A model generated the notes under the pieces. It was not told the origin of the DNA and searched no databases. It saw nothing but the letters and a program-made list of their open reading frames with translations. Shown piece by piece: positions 24,267 to 31,718 of a DNA stretch of 32,000 bases. The stretch's first letter is position 1. Each line of letters begins with the position of its first letter. The position numbers were made by a program, and so were the translations under genes. Origin of the DNA: Candidatus Velamenicoccus archaeovorus (lineage in GTDB: Bacteria > Omnitrophota > Gorgyraeia > Velamenicoccales > Velamenicoccaceae); contig NZ_CP019384.1 of assembly GCF_004102945.1 (NCBI RefSeq), positions 810,001 to 842,000 of the forward strand, written 5' to 3'.

Positions 24267-24617
24267 TTACCGCGCCATCGCGTCATTGATGACGACGTAT
24301 TCCTGGAGCCATTTTCTAAAATAGGGGTTCAATTCCGAAAAATGGAGCCCTGCCTGGTAGTGATCGGAGAACGCAATCCGTTGAGACCAGACGACTTTCG
24401 CGATTCCCTCGATGATCTTGTTGACTTCCGGAAAGTTAAGCTTGATGAGGAAGGAGCTTTCGCTCGGGAAAAAAGACGGCATGTTCATCCGCAGGCCCGT
24501 GGTGCTCAGGTCCTTGGAGACCGTCTTTCCTGAAAGTCTCTCAGTCCCAAGGAGTTCATAGGTAACGGGCAGGTTGACGCGGATGCGTTTGGCTTGTCGT
24601 TTTTCCTGAAAATTCAT
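24267..24617 (-). CDS. PilZ domain protein
   Basis: ATG at 24617 (MNFQEKRQAKRIRV...) is preceded by GGAG. RxxxR-like KRQAKR and DLSTTGLRM (DxSxxG). The track's start at 24650 would overlap the promoter. Confidence 0.75.
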   Translation of the reverse strand: MNFQEKRQAKRIRVNLPVTYELLGTERLSGKTVSKDLSTTGLRMNMPSFFPSESSFLIKLNFPEVNKIIEGIAKVVWSQRIAFSDHYQAGLHFSELNPYFRKWLQEYVVINDAMAR

Positions 24618-24640
24618 AGGTATCGCTCCAAGTCCAACTA

Positions 24641-24669
24641 AGAATATCACATAAGTTTTTTTGTGTCAA
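24641..24669 (-). promoter_or_regulatory. candidate sigma70 promoter for the PilZ gene
   Basis: Minus strand reads TTGACA-17 nt-TATTCT (ttgacacaaaaaaacttatgtgatattct), 23 nt upstream of the ATG at 24617. Confidence 0.45.
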
Positions 24670-24724
24670 ACAGTTTGTGGTCGGGTCTCCGGTCTTTCTT
24701 TGTGTTTTATCCGCCTTCGCGCAG

Positions 24725-25034
24725 CCGCCTTGGACGGGCCAGAGAGCCTCTGGCGGGAAAACCACGGGTGTGAACCTGTGGATGCCCGCCGGCTGTCAGC
24801 CGGCGAGGTCCCGCCGAAAACCGGACGAGATGCCGTTTGACCGCTGGAAGACAGACAGGCACCACGGCTCGCCTCTCGGCAAAGCCGAGGGCTGTAAAGC
24901 CGTGGGGCTCCATTTAGCGTTTTATCCCGTTAGAAAACCCTGCCCATGGGCGGGATGTTTTAAGGCGGAGGCACGGAGAAAAAGCCCTCTGTCAGCTTTT
25001 TCGTTAGAAAGGCTTGCAGTCCTTTTCTAACGGG
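24725..25034 (+). ncRNA. candidate structured RNA / riboswitch-like element (cobalamin-riboswitch-like core blocks); strand and identity unproven
   Basis: No credible ORF, and GC-rich relative to its flanks. Ordered + strand blocks are: hairpin GCCAGAG-agc-CTCTGGC (24738-54), GGGAA (24755-59), CCACGGG-TGTGAA-CCTGTGG (24762-81), CCCGCCGGCTGT (24785-96), CCGCTGG (24841-47), and GTTAGAAAACCCTGCC (24929-44). There are also many nested hairpins. Confidence 0.3.
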
Positions 25035-25035
25035 A

Positions 25036-25063
25036 TTGACAAAGAAAAAGCGAGTGTTATAAT
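25036..25063 (+). promoter_or_regulatory. near-consensus sigma70 promoter with extended -10, 12 nt upstream of the ATG (leaderless-type)
   Basis: TTGACA-16 nt (ending TGT)-TATAAT, then tttcttaattct ATG(25076). There is no SD. Confidence 0.6.
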
Positions 25064-25075
25064 TTTCTTAATTCT

Positions 25076-25576
25076 ATGGAGAATCCCGAACTGAAATCAG
25101 GACAAAAAGAAGAATTGTCTCTTCAGAAACAGGAGCCAGCCGCGGTCGCCAAGGGGTTGTTGCCCTGCTTCAAGACCGATAAGATGCTATGGTTTATTGT
25201 TGTTTTTGGCGTCTGTGGTTTTTTTCTGGCTGCCGCGCTCTTTGCGTTTTTTTCCGGACCTAAAAAGACCCAGAAGTTCCCCGAACTTCACCCCGCCCCG
25301 GCAGCTGTCCCTTCTTCCCCTGCGACCGCGGCGTCCGCGCCTGTTGTTGAAACGCCTCAGATTCAAACGCTACCGGCAGAATCAGCAGCCCCTTCGACCA
25401 TGCCCGCATTGTCTCTTTCGGGTATTCTTTACAGCGATGCGGAAAGCCTGGCCTTGATCAACGGCAAAGTTGTTCCTGAAGGCGGTACGGTGGATGGCGC
25501 GAAGGTTGAGAAGATCAGCTCTGATGAGGTGGAATTGAGCTTTGAGGGCCAGAAAATCGTCCTGCGGTCAAGATAA
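25076..25576 (+). CDS. bitopic membrane protein with GspB/PilP-like C-terminal domain
   Basis: 166-aa ORF. TM helix MLWFIVVFGVCGFFLAAALFAFF, a Pro/Ala/Ser linker, then the C-terminal LSLSGILYSDAESLALINGKVVPEGGTVDGAKVEKISSDEVELSFEGQKIVL. This resembles the T2SS GspB-type C-terminal pattern (from memory). Its 3' end overlaps convergent aroB by 9 nt. Confidence 0.55.
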   Translation: MENPELKSGQKEELSLQKQEPAAVAKGLLPCFKTDKMLWFIVVFGVCGFFLAAALFAFFSGPKKTQKFPELHPAPAAVPSSPATAASAPVVETPQIQTLPAESAAPSTMPALSLSGILYSDAESLALINGKVVPEGGTVDGAKVEKISSDEVELSFEGQKIVLRSR

Positions 25577-26647
25577 CCTTCCTAGCAAGACCTTCCGAAT
25601 GATGTCCGTCGGAATATTTTCGACGATCTGTGTTTCTCCGATGCGTTTGAGCAGGACAAAACGGTTCTTCCCTTCCCTGAATTTTTTGTCATGAGCCAGC
25701 GCCTGCATTGTCCTGCGCAGGATTTTTTTCGGGATATTTGTCGGTAAGCCGATGGTTGTCAGGAGGGTGACCACATCGTCCCTTTCTTTCTTGTCGAGCA
25801 ACCCCAGGGCCGCGGACATGTCGCAGGCACAGGCCATGCCGATGGCCACGGATAGGCCGTGCGACAAGGAAAAATCCGAGGCCGCTTCCACTGCATGGCC
25901 GATGGTGTGTCCGAAGTTAAGGATGATCCGGATATCTTTTGTGTCTCGTTCATCCCTGCCGACCACGCGGGCCTTGATGTCTGCGCAACGGCATACAAGA
26001 TGTTCCAGGCAGCCTGGATGCCGTTTCAAAAGTTTGCCGGCGTTGCGCGCGATCCATCTGTAAAGGTCCGGATCTTTGATCAGGCCGTATTTAACGGCTT
26101 CGGAGAGGCCGGCCATAAGTTCCTTTTTAGGCAAGGTTGTCAGAAGACCGGTGTCCGCAAGCACGAAACGCGGCTGGTAAAAAGCGCCGATGAGATTTTT
26201 GCCGCAGCGTGTGTCGACGGCTGTCTTGCCGCCGATAGACGAATCGACCTGCGCCAATAACGAGGTGGGGATCTGTATATAAGGGATTCCTCGCTTGTAG
26301 ATGGCGGCAACGAATCCCGTCAGATCTCCTGCGACCCCTCCCCCCAGCGCCGCCAGAAACACCCCCCTGCTTTTGTCAAAGGGCAAGATTTTTTCGATTA
26401 TCTTCAGCGCGAGGTTTGCATTTTTGCTTTTTTCTGTATCGGGAATGGCGAGAAAGCGCAGCAGGATGCCCCCCGAGGTTTTTTTGACTTTCTTTTCAAA
26501 AAGTTTCAGGATAGGGGGCGTTGAGATGATGACGCCGCGGCCGGGCAGACCGGCATTTTTGGCCAGGCGTTCCATGTGTTTGAGGATGTTTTTGCCGACG
26601 TAGATGTTGTAGGAACCGGAACCCAGGACGACCTTGATCGTTTTCAT
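25568..26647 (-). CDS. aroB: 3-dehydroquinate synthase
   Basis: ATG at 26647 (MKTIKVVLGSGSYNI...) forms an ATGA overlap with the upstream stop. GGGVAGDLTGFVAAIYKRGIPYIQIPTSLLAQVDSSIGGKTAV and HTIGHAVE are DHQS signatures. Confidence 0.9.
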   Translation of the reverse strand: MKTIKVVLGSGSYNIYVGKNILKHMERLAKNAGLPGRGVIISTPPILKLFEKKVKKTSGGILLRFLAIPDTEKSKNANLALKIIEKILPFDKSRGVFLAALGGGVAGDLTGFVAAIYKRGIPYIQIPTSLLAQVDSSIGGKTAVDTRCGKNLIGAFYQPRFVLADTGLLTTLPKKELMAGLSEAVKYGLIKDPDLYRWIARNAGKLLKRHPGCLEHLVCRCADIKARVVGRDERDTKDIRIILNFGHTIGHAVEAASDFSLSHGLSVAIGMACACDMSAALGLLDKKERDDVVTLLTTIGLPTNIPKKILRRTMQALAHDKKFREGKNRFVLLKRIGETQIVENIPTDIIRKVLLGRLS

Positions 26648-27249
26648 ATGAGACCGAGGATATGAATGACCCAACCGACGATGGGCCAGACGATGATATT
26701 GAAGAGTCCTAAATATAATAACGCAAAGAGGATGATAAATCCATAGGGTTCTATCGCGGCGTAACGGATGGCGAGCGGCAGGGGCAATAACCCCATGACG
26801 ATGCGGGATCCGTCTAGGGGCGGAATGGGGACTAGATTGAAGACGGCGAGGATGACATTGACGAGGATGACATATCCGGCGATCTGCGCCGGGATCGTTT
26901 CGGAAACAACCCCTGATTTGACGACGAGCGTTGCCGCGAGCGCCAACAGGAGGTTGGCTGCGGGTCCGGCGAGGCCGACCCAGATGATATCTTTTTTCGG
27001 GTTTTTCAGCGCGGAAAAATCGATAGGGACTGGTTTGGCCCAGCCGAAAAGGACGGGCGACTTGACAGCGATCAAAAAGATGGGCAGGAGGATTGTGCCG
27101 AAAGGGTCGATATGGGCCAGCGGGTTGAGCGTCAGCCGTCCGCTCCTGGCAGCCGTCATGTCGCCGCGTTTATAGGCGACAAAGGCATGACTGAATTCAT
27201 GCACGACAATGGCTGAAAAAAAGACCAAAAGGGATATCAGGATACCCAT
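26644..27249 (-). CDS. site-2 protease family (M50) membrane metalloprotease
   Basis: HEFSHAF (HExxH) in the first TM segment, and a polytopic protein. ATG at 27249 (MGILISLL...) is preferred over the track's TTG at 27279. Confidence 0.75.
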   Translation of the reverse strand: MGILISLLVFFSAIVVHEFSHAFVAYKRGDMTAARSGRLTLNPLAHIDPFGTILLPIFLIAVKSPVLFGWAKPVPIDFSALKNPKKDIIWVGLAGPAANLLLALAATLVVKSGVVSETIPAQIAGYVILVNVILAVFNLVPIPPLDGSRIVMGLLPLPLAIRYAAIEPYGFIILFALLYLGLFNIIVWPIVGWVIHILGLI

Positions 27250-27309
27250 GTTATGGTGCTGGATTCTCTTGCGGGGCAAACAAGCCGGCGTGGCGCGTAT
27301 CCGGTCGTT

Positions 27310-27585
27310 TTACTTCTTCGCAGGGGCTTTTGCCTTCTGATCCGGAGCCGGGGTGGCGGCAGGCGCACCAGCTGCTGCAACGGCGCCTTCTTCGGCCGGT
27401 TTTTCAGCAGCTTTCTCTTTTTTGATCTTGATGCGAACGGCCTTGATCTTGGGCAGACCAAAAACTTTGCTGTCCTCTTTCCAGAGACCCTTGTTCATCA
27501 GGTACTTGATGCGTTCGGTCCTCTTGAGGACTGATTTAGCCTGTTTGCCTTTGACGGCCGCTCCCAGAGATGGATGGATAGACAT
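27310..27585 (-). CDS. small basic protein with Ala/Pro/Lys-rich tail
   Basis: 91-aa ORF. MSIHPSLGAAVKGKQAKSVLKRTERIKYLMNKGLW resembles the 'small basic protein' family of PVC-group bacteria (from memory, unverified). The tail is KEKAAEKPAEE...KAKAPAKK. RBS is AAGGAA. Confidence 0.65.
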   Translation of the reverse strand: MSIHPSLGAAVKGKQAKSVLKRTERIKYLMNKGLWKEDSKVFGLPKIKAVRIKIKKEKAAEKPAEEGAVAAAGAPAATPAPDQKAKAPAKK

Positions 27586-27602
27586 GTGATTTGGTTCCTT
27601 TA

Positions 27603-27693
27603 TAGACCCTGCGCTTATTCGGTATTACCTGGCTCAATCGGATGAGCCAGTATGCCACTTTCTGCGGCATGCGCAGGTCTGTCCTTTCTGGAC
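27603..27693 (+). repeat. hairpin module (long-loop variant) + small hairpin
   Basis: TAGACCcTGCGC-56 nt-GCGCAGGTCT GTCC-tttct-GGAC. The 56-nt insert contains CTGGCTCA-atcgga-TGAGCCAG and ATGCCaC-tttct-GcGGCAT. Confidence 0.8.
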
Positions 27694-27744
27694 TAGGCCC
27701 TGCGCTTATTCGGAATTGCGCAGGTCTGCCCCTTCTGGGCTAGA
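27694..27744 (+). repeat. hairpin module (short-loop variant) + small hairpin
   Basis: TAGGCCcTGCGC-ttattcggaatt-GCGCAGGTCT GCCC-cttct-GGGC TAGA. The final CTA (27740-42) is the TAG stop of the SPOR gene. On the + strand the module is followed by TTTTTTT. Confidence 0.8.
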
Positions 27745-28369
27745 TTTTTTTAATGAAACAATCAGAATATGTTTTCTTCAGTTCCTTTATCTTTCCCTGG
27801 GCCTCTTCCCTGCTGGAATAATTTCCCGCCAAGACGACGAGGTAGTTTCCCGACGGCCTGACAAAAGCCGTGAACCCTTTCTTTGCGAGTGTCTCCGACA
27901 GTCCCTTAGCAGCGCTCTCGTTCTTTAAAGACGCAACCTGGATGGCGTAGCCGCCTGTCGGCGCCTGTGTTTCTTTAACCGGTGCCGGCGCGGAAGCTAC
28001 AGCGGCTGCGGCGATCTGAATCTTTTGAGGTTCAGCGGCCGCATTCTCCGCTATGTTGCGATTCTCGCCTGTTGCCGGCAGGGCGACTTTTTCCGGGGCA
28101 GCAGGCAGCTGCGGTTCTTTGATTTCCCCTACAGCTTTTGCCGTGATCAGCTTGCCTTTTTCAACACCCAGCGTGAAACTGGCAATCAAAAGCATCAATA
28201 CGCAGATAAAAAGGATAATGATGCTCTGTGAGGAGAGCACAACATTGACCGATGAAGAATTTCTTGCCCCATCTTCTTTAATTCCAGAGAGATACGAATA
28301 ATCCGATTTGTCCTGTTTAGGAAAAACTTCGAATTCGATCTGCTCGCCCCTGGAATTTGTGTTTATCAT
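27740..28369 (-). CDS. SPOR domain (septal peptidoglycan-binding) membrane protein
   Basis: 209-aa ORF. One TM helix, an Ala/Pro linker, then the C-terminal SPOR pattern GGYAIQVASLKNESAAKGLSETLAKKGFTAFV...YLVVLAGNYSSREEAQ. Confidence 0.8.
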   Translation of the reverse strand: MINTNSRGEQIEFEVFPKQDKSDYSYLSGIKEDGARNSSSVNVVLSSQSIIILFICVLMLLIASFTLGVEKGKLITAKAVGEIKEPQLPAAPEKVALPATGENRNIAENAAAEPQKIQIAAAAVASAPAPVKETQAPTGGYAIQVASLKNESAAKGLSETLAKKGFTAFVRPSGNYLVVLAGNYSSREEAQGKIKELKKTYSDCFIKKI

Positions 28370-28388
28370 GTTGGGACTATTATAGTTA

Positions 28389-29471
28389 CTATTGAGTCAA
28401 ATTCAAGTACTTTTTTAACTTTTTATTATGAAAAACCTTGATAAGGCACTTGACGATCGAAGGATCGAATTGTGTGCCGCTGTACTGTCTGATTTCATCC
28501 AGGGCATCTTTGACAGAAACGCGTTCCCTATAGGGGCGGCCGTACACCATGGCGTCAAAGGCGTCGGCAACGGACATGATCCTGGCGCCGATGGGGATTT
28601 GGCTCTTTTTGAGACGCGAAGGATAGCCTGAACCGTCGAATTTTTCGTGATGGTGAAGGATGATGGGCAGGACGGGCTTGAGGATCTGGACGTGCTTGAT
28701 GATTTCCGCGCTCTTGATGGGATGGCGTTTGACGATGTCATATTCCTCTCCCGTGAGGTGAGAGGTTTTTGTCAGGATTTCAGTCGGGATGTTGACCTTG
28801 CCGGCGTCGTGGAGCATGCTGGCATATTTGAGACTGTCGACTTCTTTTTTGTTCAGATGCATTTCTTCCGCCAAGGCCTTGACGAGACGCGAAAAATACG
28901 GCGTATGGGCATAGGCCGGCGGGACCTTGGAATCAAGAACTGTGACCAGGGATTTGATGGTGCCCATTACCATTTTTTCCTGCTCTAGGTAAAGCTGGAT
29001 GTTTTTGATCGCCATGACGATCTGTCCGGCCAACGTCATCAGGGTCTCGAGGTCGAAATAGTCGAATCCTCCCTCTTTTTTGATGGTTTTTTTGTTGCGC
29101 CGGACGATGATGTAGCCGATGATGTCGTCGCTGATCAAGGGAACGGCCAGAATGTCGTCTTTTTTGATGGCGGAACTTGTGGCGACCAGTTTGCTTTCTA
29201 GGCTGCTCTTGACAGGGACCTTTTTGTTGGATAACAAGCGCTTGTTGTTTTCTATGAAGCAGCGCGTTGCGATCTTTTTGTTGTTTTTGGAGGATGTCAG
29301 GAGGACAAAGGTGCTGTTATCGGCTTTGAAAATCTGGGACAGGAGTTTTGTGAGGCGGGATGCCAGATCGGTCAGATCGTAGGTTGTGTTGATCAGTCGG
29401 TAGATCGAATGCAGGGCCGAGACTAGGGCCTTATACTTTTTTGTAAGGATTGAATAATTTTTCGTGCTCAT
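28389..29471 (-). CDS. GAF + HD-GYP c-di-GMP phosphodiesterase
   Basis: ATG at 29471 (MSTKNY...). An N-terminal GAF-like region, then HD-GYP signatures MLHDAGKVNIP and HHHEKFDGSGYP. Its 5' end overlaps the dGTPase gene by 41 nt. Confidence 0.85.
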   Translation of the reverse strand: MSTKNYSILTKKYKALVSALHSIYRLINTTYDLTDLASRLTKLLSQIFKADNSTFVLLTSSKNNKKIATRCFIENNKRLLSNKKVPVKSSLESKLVATSSAIKKDDILAVPLISDDIIGYIIVRRNKKTIKKEGGFDYFDLETLMTLAGQIVMAIKNIQLYLEQEKMVMGTIKSLVTVLDSKVPPAYAHTPYFSRLVKALAEEMHLNKKEVDSLKYASMLHDAGKVNIPTEILTKTSHLTGEEYDIVKRHPIKSAEIIKHVQILKPVLPIILHHHEKFDGSGYPSRLKKSQIPIGARIMSVADAFDAMVYGRPYRERVSVKDALDEIRQYSGTQFDPSIVKCLIKVFHNKKLKKYLNLTQ

Positions 29472-30657
29472 CGAGAGCAAAGCGGTCTGTCATACCTGCG
29501 ATATAGTCGCAGACGACTTCGTAGGCGTCTTTTTTTGTCTTGATCTTTTGTTGATGTTCGGCGGGAAGCATGGCCGTATTATGAATGTAGGCACGGAAAA
29601 TCTCTTCGATGAATCTTCTGGCTTTGTCGGACATCCGGTTGACCCGGTAATGGCTGTAGAGCTCCTTTTTCAGGAACGCGCGCAGGGGTTGTCTCTGTTG
29701 TTTCAGGGCGTCGCTGAAATCCACCAAGCGTCCCGGGTGTTTCCTGACGTCATCGATATTCCCGATCTTGTATTGTTTCAAGCGGCGGCTCGATTCCTCG
29801 ATGGCGTCGTCCACGAGGATGGCGATCAGGTTGCGAATGATCTGGTGTTTTTTCTTTGATGCCTCGATGCCAGGAAAGCGCCGCTCGATCTTTTCTTTGG
29901 TGTTACGCCAGAAAGCGACGCTCTCCAGGGCCGATTCGGAGATCAACCCCGACGTGAGTCCATCATCGAGATCATGATTATCATAAGCGATTTCGTCGGC
30001 GATGTCAACAATTTGTGCTTCAAGTGAAGGCATTAAATGGGGTTCTAGCTCTCTGGGGATGCGCGCCTTGTCGTAGGAAGTGGTGTGTTTGACGATCCCC
30101 TCGCGCGTTTCCCATGTCAGATTGAGGCCCGGGAATTCCGGATAACGCTCCTCGAGTTTATCGACGATCTTTAAGGTGTGGAGATTGTGGTTGAAGCCGC
30201 CGTAGTCCTTCATGAGCTTGTTGAGGATCTCTTCTCCTGCGTGGCCGAAAGGCGTGTGGCCGAGATCATGCGCCAGCGAAAGCGCTTCCGTAAGTTCTTC
30301 ATTGAGCCTCAGGGCCTTGGCCAGGGTTCGTGCGATCTGCGAGACTTCCAGGGAGTGGGTCAGGCGGGTGCGGTAGTAATCGCCCTCGTGGTTGACAAAG
30401 ACCTGGGTTTTGTATTCCAGCCTTCTGAAGGCGGCGCTGTGGATGATGCGGTCGCGGTCGCGTTGATAGAGGCTGCGATAGGCGTGTTCCGGTTCTTTGT
30501 AGCGGCGGCCGCGGGAATCTTTCGACTTGGCCGCGTAAGATGCCAGATACCGGTCTTCCAGTTCGTGGATGTTGACTCCTCCAGGAAAGACCGGAACTTT
30601 TTCTGTCGATGAGGTTTGAGCGGCGGCTTTCCTGACGGCCTTGACGGGAGAATTCAT
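29431..30657 (-). CDS. dgt: dGTPase-family deoxynucleoside triphosphate triphosphohydrolase
   Basis: ATG at 30657 (MNSPVKAV...) forms an ATGA overlap with the HIT stop. YQRDRDRIIHSAAFRRLEYKTQVF, RLTHSLEVSQIAR and AHDLGHTPFGHAGE are Dgt-type HD-domain signatures. Confidence 0.9.
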   Translation of the reverse strand: MNSPVKAVRKAAAQTSSTEKVPVFPGGVNIHELEDRYLASYAAKSKDSRGRRYKEPEHAYRSLYQRDRDRIIHSAAFRRLEYKTQVFVNHEGDYYRTRLTHSLEVSQIARTLAKALRLNEELTEALSLAHDLGHTPFGHAGEEILNKLMKDYGGFNHNLHTLKIVDKLEERYPEFPGLNLTWETREGIVKHTTSYDKARIPRELEPHLMPSLEAQIVDIADEIAYDNHDLDDGLTSGLISESALESVAFWRNTKEKIERRFPGIEASKKKHQIIRNLIAILVDDAIEESSRRLKQYKIGNIDDVRKHPGRLVDFSDALKQQRQPLRAFLKKELYSHYRVNRMSDKARRFIEEIFRAYIHNTAMLPAEHQQKIKTKKDAYEVVCDYIAGMTDRFALDEHEKLFNPYKKV

Positions 30658-31124
30658 CGCGTCAGTTCCTTGTATAAAGATTGCAGAGATTGAGAAATTA
30701 CTTTCGTATCGGCGATGACGGGCATAAAGTTCGAATCTCCCCGCCATCGCGGCACGACATGGATGTGAAGATGGCCTTCAATGCCGGCGCCGGCCACGCG
30801 TCCCTCGTTGATCCCGATATTGAATCCTTCGGGTTTCAGGATCTTCCGCAGGAGCGCCTGGGATTTTTTGAGGCAGTCCATCAGATCCGACATTTCCTCC
30901 CTGCTTAGCCTGTCCAAGGAGGCAACATGGCGCGAGGGCGCCACCATGATATGGCCGTTGTTATAAGGGTAAATGTTGAGCATGGCCAAGGAAGTGCGGG
31001 TGCGCAGGAAGACATAATGCCTGCAGTCGTTTTTCTTCAGGCGGGCATGGCAGAAAAGGCATCCCTTTTCTTTTTTGATCTTTTTGATGTAGCCGATCCT
31101 CCACGGAGCCCAGAGTTTATTCAT
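30654..31124 (-). CDS. HIT-family nucleotide hydrolase/transferase
   Basis: ATG at 31124 (MNKLWAPWRIGYI...) is preferred. Histidine triad GHLHIHVVPR. In-frame starts further upstream, up to 31223, are possible. Confidence 0.8.
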   Translation of the reverse strand: MNKLWAPWRIGYIKKIKKEKGCLFCHARLKKNDCRHYVFLRTRTSLAMLNIYPYNNGHIMVAPSRHVASLDRLSREEMSDLMDCLKKSQALLRKILKPEGFNIGINEGRVAGAGIEGHLHIHVVPRWRGDSNFMPVIADTKVISQSLQSLYKELTR

Positions 31125-31229
31125 TCCGCCAGACCCCCCTCTTCTTGTGGATTTCACGCCATAAGACGCCGGTGTCATCGTAAAACACAAGTTTCCCGGG
31201 AGATGTTTCATCGTAAGATGCAACGGGAT

Positions 31230-31718
31230 TCATGGCCCTATCCTTTCGATCTTTGCGCGCAAGTCTCCGTTGATCTCGACGATCCCGAAGGTATTATATG
31301 GAGCAAAGATCTTGTCGGTGGGGCTTCCCGGATTGAGATAGGTCGTCTTGCCGGATTTTTCCTGGAAAGGCGTGTGCGAATGTCCGAAAACGACGAGGTC
31401 GAAGGAATTATCGAAATTTTCCTTGATTGTTTGCAGCATCATCGCGGGGTTGCCGTAACCATGCATGATGCCGATTTTGAAATTTTTGACGGTGAATGTT
31501 TCTTTTTCTTTCAGATGCTCGCGTAACTCCGGGGTATCCATGTTGCCGAGGACCGCCTTGAGCGGTTTGAGATGCCTGATCTGCTGATAGAGATCATAAG
31601 ATGTAAAGTCGCCCGCATGAATGACGAGATCCGATTGTTTTATTTCTGAGACGAGCTGGACTGGGAGTTCTTCATATCTGTCCGGTATATGGGTATCGGA
31701 AATGATGCAGATGCGCAT
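31230..31718 (-). CDS. YfcE/MJ0936-family metallophosphoesterase
   Basis: 162-aa ORF with the calcineurin-like motifs ISDTH, HAGD, GNMD, MHGY and GHSH. Confidence 0.85.
   Translation of the reverse strand: MRICIISDTHIPDRYEELPVQLVSEIKQSDLVIHAGDFTSYDLYQQIRHLKPLKAVLGNMDTPELREHLKEKETFTVKNFKIGIMHGYGNPAMMLQTIKENFDNSFDLVVFGHSHTPFQEKSGKTTYLNPGSPTDKIFAPYNTFGIVEINGDLRAKIERIGP

Noticed and set aside
24700-25034. RNase P RNA, tmRNA, SRP RNA or 6S RNA as the identity of the GC-rich structured region
   Set aside because: I could not find the universal RNase P blocks (GAGGAAAGUCCGGGC, ACAGAACCCGGCUUA, GGUAAGAGC). There is no tmRNA 5' GGGG...UUCGAC or 3' GGUUCGAnUCC...CCA end. There is no SRP domain IV (GGUCC-GGAA-GGAAGCAGCC-like) on either strand. 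6S has no sequence signature that I can test by eye.
27590-27751. CsrB/RsmZ-type sponge sRNA (+ strand hairpins with GGA loops and a terminal T7 terminator)
   Set aside because: Only three GGA triplets occur in about 150 nt, about the random expectation, and only two are in loops. The ANGGA consensus is not repeated.
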